Origin: Macrostomum lignano
Lineage: Eukaryota
Assembly: GCA_002269645.1 (NCBI GenBank)
Contig: NIVC01001686.1
Span: forward strand, 147,660-211,659
Length of the DNA: 64,000 nucleotides
Reading direction: 5' to 3'
The notes beneath the pieces are model-generated. The model ran no database searches, had not been told where the DNA came from, and saw only the letters and a list, made by a program, of their open reading frames with translations. Below, piece after piece: positions 50,650-62,797 of this stretch. The position numbers and the translations under genes are program-made. Numbering within the stretch: the stretch's first letter is position 1; each line of letters starts with the position of its first letter.

Positions 50650-50840
50650 TTGTAACAGTTTGTACGACTTTGTGGTAGTTCTGTTTGTAGGATTTTGTAG
50701 CCCCTTGTAGGACTTTGTGTGACTCTTTGTAGGACTTTGTGAGACTCTTTGTAGGACTTTGTGAGACTCTTTGTAGGACTTTGTGAGACTTTGTAGGACT
50801 TTGTGTGACTCTTCGTAGGACTTTGTGAGACTTTGACAGT
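50650..50840. repeat. ~22-bp tandem repeat upstream of the transposase
   Basis: Unit ttgtaggactttgtgagactct. Confidence 0.85.
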
Positions 50841-51121
50841 AAGACTTATGCAATACAGCTTTTACATCATACACTTGGGTCCTGAACGGGACTGGGACTG
50901 TCTCAGTAGAAAGGGTGTTCTAATGGCATGTATAGATCTAGAGCATAGGAGCATGGGGCATAGAGCATGTATTGATGATACGCATGGCTTTAGACAACTT
51001 GAAAGACAATCCAACAACATGGATATTTTTTAAAGCTGTAGTTTCGCAATACCATCTGACATGTCTCCCATGCGCATATCCTCTAGCGCATTTCAGCCAG
51101 CTGCCAAAAGTCTTCGTGGCA

Positions 51122-54100
51122 ATGGACTTTGCCAAACATATCAAAGCGCGCGACCGTAAGAGAAAGCTGGAGGCAGTCTGTCGGTCCGATCGGCGTGCAG
51201 CTGCAGCTGCAAGTAAGTGCATGCGTGTGCTGCAGTTTGGCCAAGCCGCAGCATCTAGTTCGATGCAAGGTGCAGCTAACCATGACGAGGACGATGCCGG
51301 TGGTGTTGCCTCATCTGACGGTCCTGCTGAGCTTTTCAGCTCTAGCTCTGACTGCAGTTCCGACCGCGGCTCCGAACGTGGGTCTGACCGCAGCTCCGAT
51401 AGAGCCCCTGGCTGCGGATCCGACTGCGGCTCCGAACGTGGGTCTGACCGCAGCTCCGATGGAGCCTCTGGCCGCGGATCCGACTGCGGCTCCGAACGTG
51501 GGTCTGACCGCAGCTCCGATAGAGCCCCTGGCCGCGGATCCGACTGCGGCTCCGAACGTGGGTCTGACCGCAGCTCCGATAGAGCCCCTGGCCGCGGATC
51601 CGACTGCGGCTCCGAACGTGGGTCTGACCGCAGCTCCGATGGAGCCTCTGGCCGCGGATCCGACTGCGGCTCCGAACGTGGGTCTGACCGCAGCTCCGAT
51701 GGAGCCTCTGGCCGCGGATCCGACTGCGACTCCGAACGTGGGTCTGACCGCAGCTCCGATGGAGCCTCTGGCCGCGGATCCGACCGCAGTCCTGACCCCA
51801 GCGATGCGACGTCTGATGATGACGGTGATGACGTAAGGCTTGCATTGTACTGTTGAAGGCTGGCACTCGTGCGTATACGTGGCTGATGTGATCCTGCCTG
51901 CAAATATCAGTTAGCACTCAGCAAACTTAAGCACGCAATGTTCATCGGCTGCCTAGAACCAATCTAGTTATGATTCCCTCCTTCCTCCCCTTCCTACCCT
52001 TTCTCTTCCATCCGCCAGGGTGCGCTATGGGACGACGTCATCGAGGAATCCGCTGACAGTGTCAACGGTGATGGCGGTGCTGGCGACGGGGCTGGCGGTG
52101 CTGGCGACGGGGCTGGCGGTGCTAGCGGTGCTGTCGACGAAGGGGCAGCCCATGGCGGCGACGACGGCGTCGTTCACATCGCGCCAGGGTTTCTGCAACC
52201 GGTGCATCGCACAATGCCGCACCTGTCATACGCCACTTTGGCAGTGTACGGAGAGCTCCTAGCCGAGAAGCACAAGTTGTCGCGAAACGCCACGGCGGAC
52301 CTGCTGCTTTACACGAAGCTCGCGCTTCCCCCAGACGCCGTGTTTGCCGACAACCCGTACCGCCTGCGACGGTTTCTGGAGTCCTGCAACTCCCTGCGCT
52401 CCGAACGACTTCTTTTTTGTCCTAGGTGCAGCCGGCCCCTGGTGGAGGAGGCCCTTCCACTGACCTGCGAACCCTGCGGAAAGCAGTTTTCGTCAGTGGA
52501 CCGCGTCGCCAAGGTCTGGCGGATGGATGTGCGAGCCCAGCTACGGCAGCTCATTGAGCGCTGCGGCCTGTTGTCGGTCGTCTCCTTCCCCGCGGACGTC
52601 ACGCGGCGGCCGGGTGGTCTGAGCTTGTGGCAAAGCACGGCATACTCGGCCTTTACGCACCTCATTGACAAGGCCGCTCGCTCAGATCTGACGGTCACGG
52701 TCAACATCGATGCATTTTCCGTGTTCAGCCGGGCGGTGTACAACATCTGCCCCGTGTACCTTACCGTGAATGAGGTCCCCGACCACATGCGAGCGCGCTT
52801 CACGGTGGTCTGCGCTCTGTGGGCCTGCAGGAACAAGGTGAGCGTGGACGCCTTCCTGCCGTGGCTGGTGGCCCAGCTGAACAGCCTTCGCATCGAGGGT
52901 GTTATGTTCCGCACAGGTGGTGGACGAGACGGCACGCGTGGCGGCTGCATCCGCTTCCATCCGCTCCTCTTCGTGCTTGACGCGCCTCAGAGGGTTGAGG
53001 TGACTGGGTTACAGCACTGCTCAGCAGTGTACGGCTGCGATCACTGTTACACCGTGACTCTCCATGATGCCGACCGCGGAGGAAATGCGCGCATTTTCCC
53101 ATGCGAGCTTTCGGCCGACGCGCTGCAAGCAGCATCCGACGCCGGTTGCACACGGCCGCGGTACCGGGCATTGCAGGACACCATCCTCCTGGCGACCACG
53201 ATTCCGGCGGGCGCAGGCCACAACCTCGGCGTCGTCAGGCTGTCTCCTCTTCATCGGCTGCAGGGCTTCGACTTCATCACCTCCTGCCCGCCCTGCTACC
53301 TCCATCAGTGCCTCGTCGGCGTTGTCGGTTGGCTGCTGCGGCAGCACTTTCTGCCCGTCGGCAAGCGACCTGACAAGATGGCCGAGAACCCGGACTTGTC
53401 CCGCCATGTGGCTGAAGTGGACGCCAAGGCGGCCAGTATTCGAGTGCCTGCGTCGCACCAGCGGGGCCCTCGCACCCTGGCGGACCTCGGCCACTTCCGC
53501 GGGCACGAATTTGAGTGCTGGCTGTTGGTGTACGGCCCCATGGTTCTCGGCGACACGCTGGGACCGTTCTATTACAATCAACTGCTGCTCCTGTCCTCTT
53601 CCATCTTCTGGCTGTCTCTGGAGAACTGCCCGCTGACGGAAGTTACTCGTGCAGCGAAGACCCTGCGAGTATTCTACGCCAGCCTGAAGGATGGGTTTTC
53701 GCCGGCCGCCATGACCTACAATGCCCACCAGGTCTGTGAGCACCTCGTTCCCGCAGCCTTTCTCTTCGGACCCGTGTGGCGCACCTCCGCCGGCCTGTTC
53801 GAGTCTCTGCACTACGGCCTCAAAACGCGCGTCAAGGGCGCCAGGTTCGTCGGTGATCAGGTACGCAGAGAGACCCTTTTCTCTAATTAGAAAAATATAG
53901 TATAATGGCATCTACGCCTCTATATTCTACTCACTAGTAGTCAGTACGTATGCAGGATGCCCACTCTTGTATCGCACTAGAAACCCACCCCCTGGGTTAT
54001 CGTGGTATATATAATTACAAAGGTTCCCCCTTGATACCATGTTCCCCTCCGAGGGCTTGCGTTGCTGCATCAGACCGTTACCTAACTTGCAACGGGCGCC

Positions 54101-54686
54101 TCCCACCCTTCATTTCACTCAGGTGCACTCTGCCATCAGACGGCAATTCAGCAGGCGTGCCGTCATGCACCAGTTGGGCCTGGCCTCGCCCTTTGCGGCC
54201 CGTGGATTCCTTCAGGGTGTCCAAGAGACCATGGCCGACGGGACCAGGGTGTACACCAAGCTACATGACGACGAGTTCCGCTGGGCTCTGTTGACCAACG
54301 GATGGCGCATTGAGCGCTACTTGCCCGCGCTACAGCACCAGCGGTCCCTGTGCTGCTTCGTCGCCTTCGCCGCCAGTGACGACGGTGTCCAACTGGCTTT
54401 CGGTCGCGTCGACGCCATCCGCAGGTCCCCCACCCGCGGGACTGCAATCCTGATGGTGCGTCGCCTTCGTACCGTCTGCCTTCTGGACCCGGAATACTAC
54501 ATCTCGGGCGTCGCACAGAACGACGGCTGCCGACTGAGGCACATTCAGCGCGTCGTCGACAACCCATTCGGCGACATCGGCGGCATGCACTTCTGTCTCC
54601 CCGTGGTGGACGTGCTTGGCACATGCTGTGTAACTGACACCCACATAGCTTTCCTCCCGCACGTGCAAACCTCCTTCGCCGCCTAG
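51122..54686 (+). CDS. CMC/EnSpm-type DDE transposase, ~1038 aa; exons 51122-51832, 52019-53860, 54123-54686
   Basis: GT-AG phase-0 junctions join all three exons in frame. Motifs: FCPRC..CEPC zinc finger, TVNIDAFSVFS (D1), FVLDAPQR (D2), GCDHC, PCYLH (C/D-x2-H), RTLADLGHFRGHEFECWLL, and GLFESLHYGLK (E). Confidence 0.88.
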
Positions 54687-55161
54687 TGGGCGGGCGGCAA
54701 GTGCCGAAGATTTGCCGAACAAGTGTGTCAGACAACTGCAATCCATGTCTAGTGTCTCCGACTGTCCGCAGCCCGACTTCTGTCCATCCCGTATTCTCAC
54801 ATTTACTCCGACGAGGACAAGTGTGTAGATCAGTGTGTACACCTCCGCTGCTGCTGTCCCTGATCGGCACTGCTTCTATTCTGTGCATATATTTAGCCAT
54901 GTTTGTCACTTTTCTCGATCTGTATTTCCAATGGCCACCTTCAAGGACGAGTATATATATATGACAACGTAATATGCACGAAGATGTGTAACTTTCATCA
55001 GCTGTCTATCGTACCTCTTTAATCGTACCTCTTTATCGTACTTTATCGTACCTCTTAGTTTACGCCTTTTGTACGTCTGCATATTATATTTACTCAGACA
55101 ATGGCAAGTATCTACCAGTGATCCGTAGCTACATGTCTATAGATATATCTTTCCCCTATAT

Positions 55162-55430
55162 CCCGCTGGGAAATATGACGGATTCCTGGTGCGATTCCTT
55201 GTGGAATCGTCGCGGATTCCATTGAATTTTTTCTGCCTAAAAGGAATCTGCTGTGCAGGGCAGATTCTTGGGTCTGAATCTGCCCTGCAGGGCGGATTCC
55301 GTAGCGTTGAACTGCGTGGAACGCGCACACTGCGCGAGCTGAAGAAGTTCCGTGGGCACGAATCCGAAATATGGCTGATTGCCTATGCGCCCATCGTTCT
55401 GCAGGACTGCTTTCATGACTTGTGTATGAA
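55162..55430 (+). pseudogene. Terminal fragment of a second, related CMC element fused to a transposase remnant
   Basis: CCCGCTGGGAAATA start, GGAATC/GATTCC repeats and a 14-bp hairpin (55254-55289), then RGTRTLRELKKFRGHESEIWLIAYAPIVLQD, which is paralogous to the main transposase segment RGPRTLADLGHFRGHEFECWLLVYGPMVLGD. Confidence 0.65.
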
Positions 55431-55693
55431 GTCGGAACACGGTAGGATTCTAAGGCAGTATCGCCAGAGGGGAAATGGCTTCCCGATGCATGGGCACAAA
55501 CAGAGAGAGACGAACCTTGGGGAGCGAAGGCTCCCAAGGCTAGTATATTTATGGGGTCTCGGCCCCCTCAAGTCCAACAGTGAGTAACGCACTAGAACAG
55601 GCCTCAGCAGGCATGGGGGCTGGGTCTTGGGTCTTGGGGCCGTAGTGGCCGGGTCTGGGTCTGGGGAAGAGCGGCTGGGTCTTGGGATGAAGA

Positions 55694-55696
<3 letters not shown>

Positions 55697-55771
<75 letters not shown>
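55697..55771. repeat. (GA)n microsatellite
   Basis: Direct reading. Confidence 0.95.
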
Positions 55772-55773
<2 letters not shown>

Positions 55774-56708
55774 AAGAGATAAAGAGCAGTCAGGGGTTGC
55801 GGGTAGGAGTTGGAGCTCCTCCAAAGCAGGGGTAGCCCGGGGAGCCGTCCCGCCAGACCCCAGGCCACCACAACTGCCTTCCGGACGACTACTGTCATCA
55901 CCTGCTTCTGCTGTCGGCCTCTCTGCTGTCTCTTCTTAATGCTTTTGTTTGACTTGTTGCATTGTGACATCTGGAAGTACGGGGAAGGCCATGAAAGAGA
56001 CAAGGGAAAAGGAAAAGTCATTAACTGTTCATAATCTGTCCACTGTAGGCCTGTGTGCAGGGGCTTAGCTTTGGTTTTTGTCTGCTTTAGGCCTGCTGGC
56101 TAGATTGCATTTCGAAGGAAAGAATATTGTTAGCATATAACAACGTTGTATATAGTGTGGCATGAATACTGCAGCTAGTATAAGAATGTTATTATTGTGT
56201 ATATAGCGATGTGCTGTATGTAGTGCATAAGTGCCTATACTATTACGTAATATTACTGTCTGTAAACTTTTGTTTGGGTTACTTATACTATTCTTGTACT
56301 GTCTGTTAAATACACCGCTCCCAACCGCTGTTCACTCTACTTCACCTGCTGCACGTCTCGTTATTTTAAGAATTGAAACGACTTCACGGAACTTCCTATT
56401 CCTTGTTTCTCTTGCACGGTATACGGCAGCTGTCCATGTTTTGCATGTCTTCGAATATAGTGTAAAACATATTGTGCAGAAACAACAACAACTACTACTA
56501 CTACAAATTAGTACAGGAATTGCTCCATTTTCTCGTACGACTTCTCCCTAAAAGCAACAACAACAAAAGCTGAACTGCACATGAACCTACCGTACAACTT
56601 ACGGTACTGCATTAATCCATTACTGCAGTACTGCATTAATACAGTAATCAAGTTTATTTGAACCCCGTCCCTCGCATGTGGATTACAGCTCCGCCGAACT
56701 GCCGAGCG

Positions 56709-58855
56709 ATGCAGTCATCGACCGGCCGTGCCCCACCTACCATTGACGTGCTGCCGTCGGAGTTGCTCATGCAGGTGTTGCAGCACCTCACGGTACCCAC
56801 TCGGCTGGTGTGCGCACAAGTATGCCGCCGTTGGGCAGACGTCGTCCGCGCACCAGTGTTGTGGGAGAGACTGCCTGTCACCGCCACTGCACTGGACGAC
56901 TACAGCACAGCGGCACGGCTCATGACCTTGGCGACGGCGGCGAAAGAGTTAGATTTGGGCACCGTGTTCGAGCCGCCTAGCGCGATCGCCATCGACCGCG
57001 CTGCCACGCTCCTTCTGCGCTGCGGCGAGCTGCGTACGCTCCGCCTGCTGGACATGGGCCAGTACACCGGCGGCCCAAACCTCCTCACGGTGGCTGGTCG
57101 CAGTTGCCTACAACTGCGGGAGCTATCATTGGCAGAATGCCCAGGCATCTTCAACCCGGAGGCGCTGGCCAGTCTGAGCGACGGTTGTCCCAGACTGGAG
57201 AAGCTGGAGCTGTTGACAGACGGCGAGGAAATCTTTGGTGGCGACGTCGCACAGTGCGCTGCACCCTTTTGCCGACTGCTGGGCCGCATACAGGTAATAC
57301 GGCATGTATAATTGCTCAAACAGTAAGGTCATATGACCCATGTCACATACGTTCTCATGTCACATGGCACAGTCCTTTTAGTCGAGATGGCTGTCTATGT
57401 ATTAATATTATTAACTTCACCCCCCCCTTCTCCGGCATTCCTACAGGTGTTGCATGTCCGCGCAGACATGCTTGCCACTTCAGCTGGTCCCGTAGCAGCG
57501 GCCATCGCTACAGGCTGGTGCCGCTTCACCCGGCTGCGTGAGGTCACCCTAGACCCGCCGGCATCCCCGTCTCCGGCCAGGGCTACACGAGGCATGTTGT
57601 TACAATCCATTTAAAAATAGTCACTTCGTAGTGGGCTTAGTAATTACGTATAGGCCTTCTCCGGGAATTGTGTGCAACCATTAATTTCTTTCTAAATAAT
57701 GAATGCGTTTTAACGACGAAATGCACCCTTCCTTATCTCTCAGTGCTGCTCGACATCATCAGCGGGCAGGGAGACCAGCTACAGCGCTTGACCGTGCACA
57801 GCCAGGTCGTCACGGATGCCATCGCCGGTCAAATTGCTGCACGAGTCGGCCTCAAGGGCGCCAACCTGCGTCACCTGCATCTGGACGCAGGCGACAAGCT
57901 GACCGTGTGGGGCCTGCGGCAACTGCTGAAGTGCTGGCCTGGGCTCCAAAGCCTAAGCCTCGTCCACTGCCTCAGTCTGGGCGCGGAGGGCTTCCGGTTG
58001 GCCTGCCAGGAGCTGCCCGACTTGACGCGGCTGAGATACCAGATAGCTGCCAGTCCGGACGCGCCAGCCGGGTCTGCCGACGTTTTCCGTGGCACTCGGC
58101 TACCTCCGTCGCTACGAGTGCTGCAGCTTTACGTCACGCCCACCGACGAAGCTTGCGGGATCAGGGTCGGTGAGCCTGCATTCGCGACCGCTCTCGGCGG
58201 ATGTCGTGGTGAGTGTGGTGCATATTACATTTGACGCACAAATGTGCATGCACGTGACGTTAGTCTTAGTCTTTATGAGGCATGCATGTTCATCCTGTAT
58301 GGTGCGCACGCCTCCGCTCTAGACCTACACACTGCACACTGGACGCTACTATGTACACTTCTCCATCCGTACGCAGGCCTGACTCACGTGACTATCTCGT
58401 GGCCCGCCTGCGACGACAGTCTCGTGGCCTGTCTGTTACTCACGCTGCCACAGCTGCAGTGCCTGCACTTGTTGGACTGTCGGCTGGTGACGGGCAAAGC
58501 CTGGGAGACTCTCCCTCCTGCAGGTATTCGTCCAGCCGACCACGCCTCTGCTGCAATGCTCGAACTGACGCTCGCAAACTGCCCCAGCCTCGACGATGGC
58601 AGTCTATCGCGTCTGTGCACCTGTTCCGTCGCGACCAGCCTTAACTGGCTGTGGCTCGATGGCACCGCCGTTACGCCGGACTGTCTGACGCTGCTGGCCA
58701 GGGAATGCCCGAGCCTGTTGGAAGTTTACATCCGTTGGACGGAACTGCCCACGAGTAACATTGAAATGTGGCACCACGCCGCTGCCGTCGTGAACAAAAA
58801 TCGTGACATTCATCTGCGCATTGATTTGCCGGAGCTAGCCAATATGGGGCGGTGA
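56709..58855 (+). CDS. F-box/leucine-rich-repeat (FBXL-like) protein, ~557 aa; exons 56709-57293, 57447-57591, 57744-58208, 58377-58855
   Basis: F-box IDVLPSELLMQVLQHLTVPTRLVCAQVCRRWADVV..LW is followed by cysteine-containing-type LRRs (LRELSLAEC, LEKLEL, LQSLSLVHC, LQCLHLLDCRLVTG, LELTLANCPSLDDGSL, LNWLWLDGTAVT). Intron phases are 0,1,1; intron 2 needs a GC donor. Confidence 0.85.
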
Positions 58856-58872
58856 CAGTGATGACGTGAGCA

Positions 58873-59232
58873 TAAGACAGTAGTGTAATGGATGTACCGA
58901 TCTCCTTCCCCCTATTTACAGTGCCCTCGATGAACTGCATATAAATATCGTGCTACCTTGCATTTATGCATTTACTGTACAGTATGACAGTGCGGTTTTG
59001 GCGTCCTGCCACGTGCGCACAGCAACAGTGCCAGTTTTTCTCCATATATATTACTTTTGACATACCGGTCATCCTTTCTTGTTTCCATGTCTCCCACGCA
59101 CGTCTTATCTTGCACAGCTATACATCTGTCGCATTTCGACGCAGCATTTAAGACAGTAGTGTAATGGATGTACCGATCTCCTTCCCCCTATTTACAGTGC
59201 CCTCGATGAACTGCATATAAATATCGTGCTAC
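58873..59232. repeat. 84-bp identical direct repeat (58873-58956 and 59149-59232)
   Basis: taagacagtagtgtaatggatg...ataaatatcgtgctac occurs twice. Confidence 0.9.
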
Positions 59233-59984
59233 GATGCATTTACTGCACTTTACTAAAAACCGAAGTTTTGGCGTCTCGCCTAGTGCGTACTACAGCACAT
59301 GCGGTGTACTTCCACAAATGCATTTCCACATAAACGTTCGTATGACATGAAAGGGCGAGAGCGGTCGCACGGCTGAGGGACAGCTCACATATTTCTGCTT
59401 CCGTTTCGTGTTGTCCATTATCTTTTCCATGTCTTCCATATGTCTTCCACAGCTACATGGGGTCATTTGGTGCAGCATAAGGCGTGTAGTAGTGGAGGGC
59501 ATGATGACGTGTAATAGCGTAGATCTGAATGTACGTTACTGTATATTAGGTAACAAGTGGCGACATGTAATCTGCGAATGACAACCGATGTAAATAAAAA
59601 AAACTGTAATTACGTTTTTCGCAACTTACATCACGGGTTCAATACGCTGACAGACTCTAAAATAGCGCTGATCGAGGGGAGTGGCGAAAGCCGCCCACAG
59701 ACGTACTACTACAGGTACCCACTAAGAAATTTCAATCGGGGTGTACTTATTACACTTTTGTTTTAGGGTACTTACAACCTTTCCAGGTATGTAGGTAATA
59801 CATGCGGTCGAGAACGTTTATTGCGTATAGGCAGGTGTCTTATTATGTACTCTTAATATAAGCCATAGTATAGGCAAGTCTTATTATATGTTCTCCTAAA
59901 TGATATGCTCAAAAGTCTTAAAATATTATTAATATTAGCAGCAGCTATACACAACTTAATATAATGTGCATACCTACTTACTGA

Positions 59985-60277
59985 CAGTGTTGGGCAAAGT
60001 TAATTGGAAAAGTAACTTCGTTAAAAGTTAAACAGTTAACTTTAACTGGCAAAAAAAGTAACTTAACTTGGATAACTTTTTAACTTTTCAGAAAAAAGTG
60101 ACTTAAGTTAAAAAGTTAACTTTCCGCATATTACTGTAGTAATACAAAGTACTTAGTTCATTTTTCCTCTCCGCATCCTCTCCTCTGTTACTTTTTGTGC
60201 CAATGGCCCAATTTCGGGAGAGACCAAGACAGAGAGAGACAGTGGGAGAGAGCGAGAGAGAGAGAGAGATAGAGAGG

Positions 60278-60327
<50 letters not shown>

Positions 60328-60470
60328 CAGTGGCGCAGCCAGCAATTTTTTAAGGGGGGGCATTAGGTTCGTTGAAAAGAAATTAAGTAACGGAAAACTG
60401 CTAAAAGTTAGTGAAACACTAACTTCGTTAATAACTAGTAAACTATTTAACTAGTTAGTGCCCAACACTG
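59985..60470. mobile_element. hAT-type MITE with a perfect 8-bp TSD, nested in the CMC element
   Basis: TIR CAGTGTTGGGCA...TGCCCAACACTG; CTTACTGA at 59977-59984 and 60471-60478; AAGTAAC/AAGTTAAC subterminal motifs; internal (GA)n. Confidence 0.92.
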
Positions 60471-60590
60471 CTTACTGACAGGCATGAATCTACAAGTGAC
60501 GCCTCAATATCCGATTTTCCAGCACCCGGACCACCACTTTTCGAAGCAGCGTTGATTAGAACAAGCGTCTGCAAGTTACGCCCATAGAAA

Positions 60591-62797
60591 ATGCTGAACG
60601 CCAGACGCAAGCGTACGACGACTAATGACCAACAATTTCCACGCTACTGGGTTGGCAAGATTCTCGCCGGACGCAGCGCCGGCGAAAACGACCTGTTCTC
60701 TGAGGAGTACATCAAGGCCGAAGGTACGTCAGGCAGCGGCCCCTATGCGGAAGGGCAGCACGTAGAGGCCCGTACTAGCCAGCGAAGCAAGGCGCAAGCT
60801 GTCGAACTGGTACACGGACCAATTGCTGGTCCACGGAATACAGCCCTAAAGGAGCTTGGGAAATTCCGGAAGAAGTTCCTGGTGGCCAGTGGCGCTGTTG
60901 ACCTCCCGGACGACGGTTGCAGCATGTGCGCCAGCTACCGGCAGGAGGTTGGCACCCTGAAGACGCGTCTCCGCCAGATGCAGGACCTGCAAGAGTCCCA
61001 GCGGGAGGTCCACAGTGCTGTGGTGGAGGACCTGGAGCGAAAGGTGGAAAAACTGCGTTCGGAGCTGGACGTGGCGAAGAAGGAGCTGGAACAGCTGGGG
61101 GACGCTGAACAGCAAGGTGCTCATGACGTCTTCTACGAGCGCTGGCGTCGATCGGCAGATCAGCTCAAAGCGGTGACGGCGATACAGCAGACGCTGCTGC
61201 AGGCCATGCACAAGACGGCTGTTTGCCTGGGAAGTGCTCAACAGGAGCTCATGGAGCAGACAGCTGCAGCAATCGCGTCCAGTGATGAGTCGTGTGGTAT
61301 GAAGATCGCAGATCACACACTTCAGATGCCATCCATGGCCTCTGTGGGAGGCGGGGACATGGTAGACGTCACGGCCAGTGCCACGGCGCCCGCGGATTCG
61401 CGGCTTGGAAGCTTGAGTGGCGCACTGCGATCGACGGTCGCGGCTAGCATGCGGTGTGCGCTCCCAAGGCTGGACGAAGCATCCCAGACGGCGAGGAACT
61501 CGGATGATGAGTTGGTACCGCTAGTAGGGTCTCACCCGGCTGTCTTTGTTAGGCACAGTTTCTTCGGCCCGATGCGCAGCACCGTAGCAGCGTTCCATAG
61601 GCAAAAAACGCAGACGAGCCAGAAGGCGCTTCTGCGCCTTCTCTGTCGTGAAGTTTTCACGGAGGAGGAGCAGCTGAATTGCTCCTTCACCGGTCGCCAG
61701 TGGGACGGCGGAAGAAACCTGCCGCCCATCCCTGAGGCCAAAAGGGAGGCCATTATTGCCTTCCTAAGCGACGTCAAAGTTCCGACTACGGACCCCAGCA
61801 GTGGAACCTGCCTGCTGGGGCGTGCTTTCGGCGCAGTGAAGGAGGTCACCTTGCGGTAAGGAATACGGTGTTCTATCATAAAAGTGGTAGCACTAGTACA
61901 AAGGGTAGCAGTGGCAATGGTTATATGGGCTGCATAACTACGGTAATATAATACTGTAATAGTGCACTACGTGCCTTATATACTGCTTAAACAACAGTAT
62001 GCCATATGATTGGGAATAAAGGATTCCTGGAATGCTTGTCGATATGTAGTTAATTAGATGCACTTTCCATTTCCTAATCTTCCACGCCCACCGCATGCAG
62101 GAACAAGACCAAACGCGAATCCGCTAACAAGGCCAACAGCAGGCCTGACGATCAGAACCCCACCGCTGCCACCGGAACTGCTGATGATCAGGCTGATGCT
62201 GACGCCGGCAGTGCCAGCCAGCATCAGAAGCGAAGGCGGACCGACAAGGAGGCGCCCACCAGCGGGGACGGCGCTTCCATCCGGAAGAGCAGCAAGCGCA
62301 GCAGGCCCGATGGTGTTGATGAGGACGACAGCCGTCATTCAAAGTCGGCTTTTGGCCACGGCACCCACAACAGCAAAAAACATAAGAGCGATAGCAGCCG
62401 GCCGGCCTCTAGCCATCGCAGCGGCACCGGCCACGGCCGCGGCACTGGCAACGGCAGCGGCACTGGCAACGGCAGCGGCACTGGCCCCAGCAGCGGCACT
62501 GGCAATGGCAGCGGCACTGGCCCCAGCAGCGGCACTGGCAACGGCAGCGGCACTGGCCCCAGCAGCGGCACTGGCAACGGCAGCGGCACTGGCCCCAGCA
62601 ACGGCACTGGCAACGGCAGCGGCACTGGCCCCAGCAGCGGCACTGGCAAGGGCAGCGGCACTGGCAACGGCAGCGGCACTGGCCCCAGCAGCGGCAGTGG
62701 CCCCAGCAGCGGCACTGGCAACGGCAGCGGCACTGGCCCCAGCAGCGACACGGCCCATGTCGACGGCGACAAGGGCGACAGCGATCTAGGGGCCTAA
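60591..62797 (+). CDS. Coiled-coil + BEN-domain protein with a G/S/T-rich tail, ~653 aa; exons 60591-61855, 62101-62797
   Basis: Heptad region LKTRLRQMQDLQE...ELDVAKKELEQL; BEN-like ALLRLLCREVFTEEEQLNCSFTGR...LPPIPEAKREAIIAFL...AVKEVTLR|NKTKRE. The phase-2 GT-AG intron joins to an open exon containing NLS-like KRRR and GTGNGSGTGPSS repeats. Confidence 0.75.

Noticed and set aside
62058-62789. 243-aa Ala-rich ORF as an independent gene
   Set aside because: A different frame (first full codon at 62102) splices in phase to the BEN exon and is the better model.
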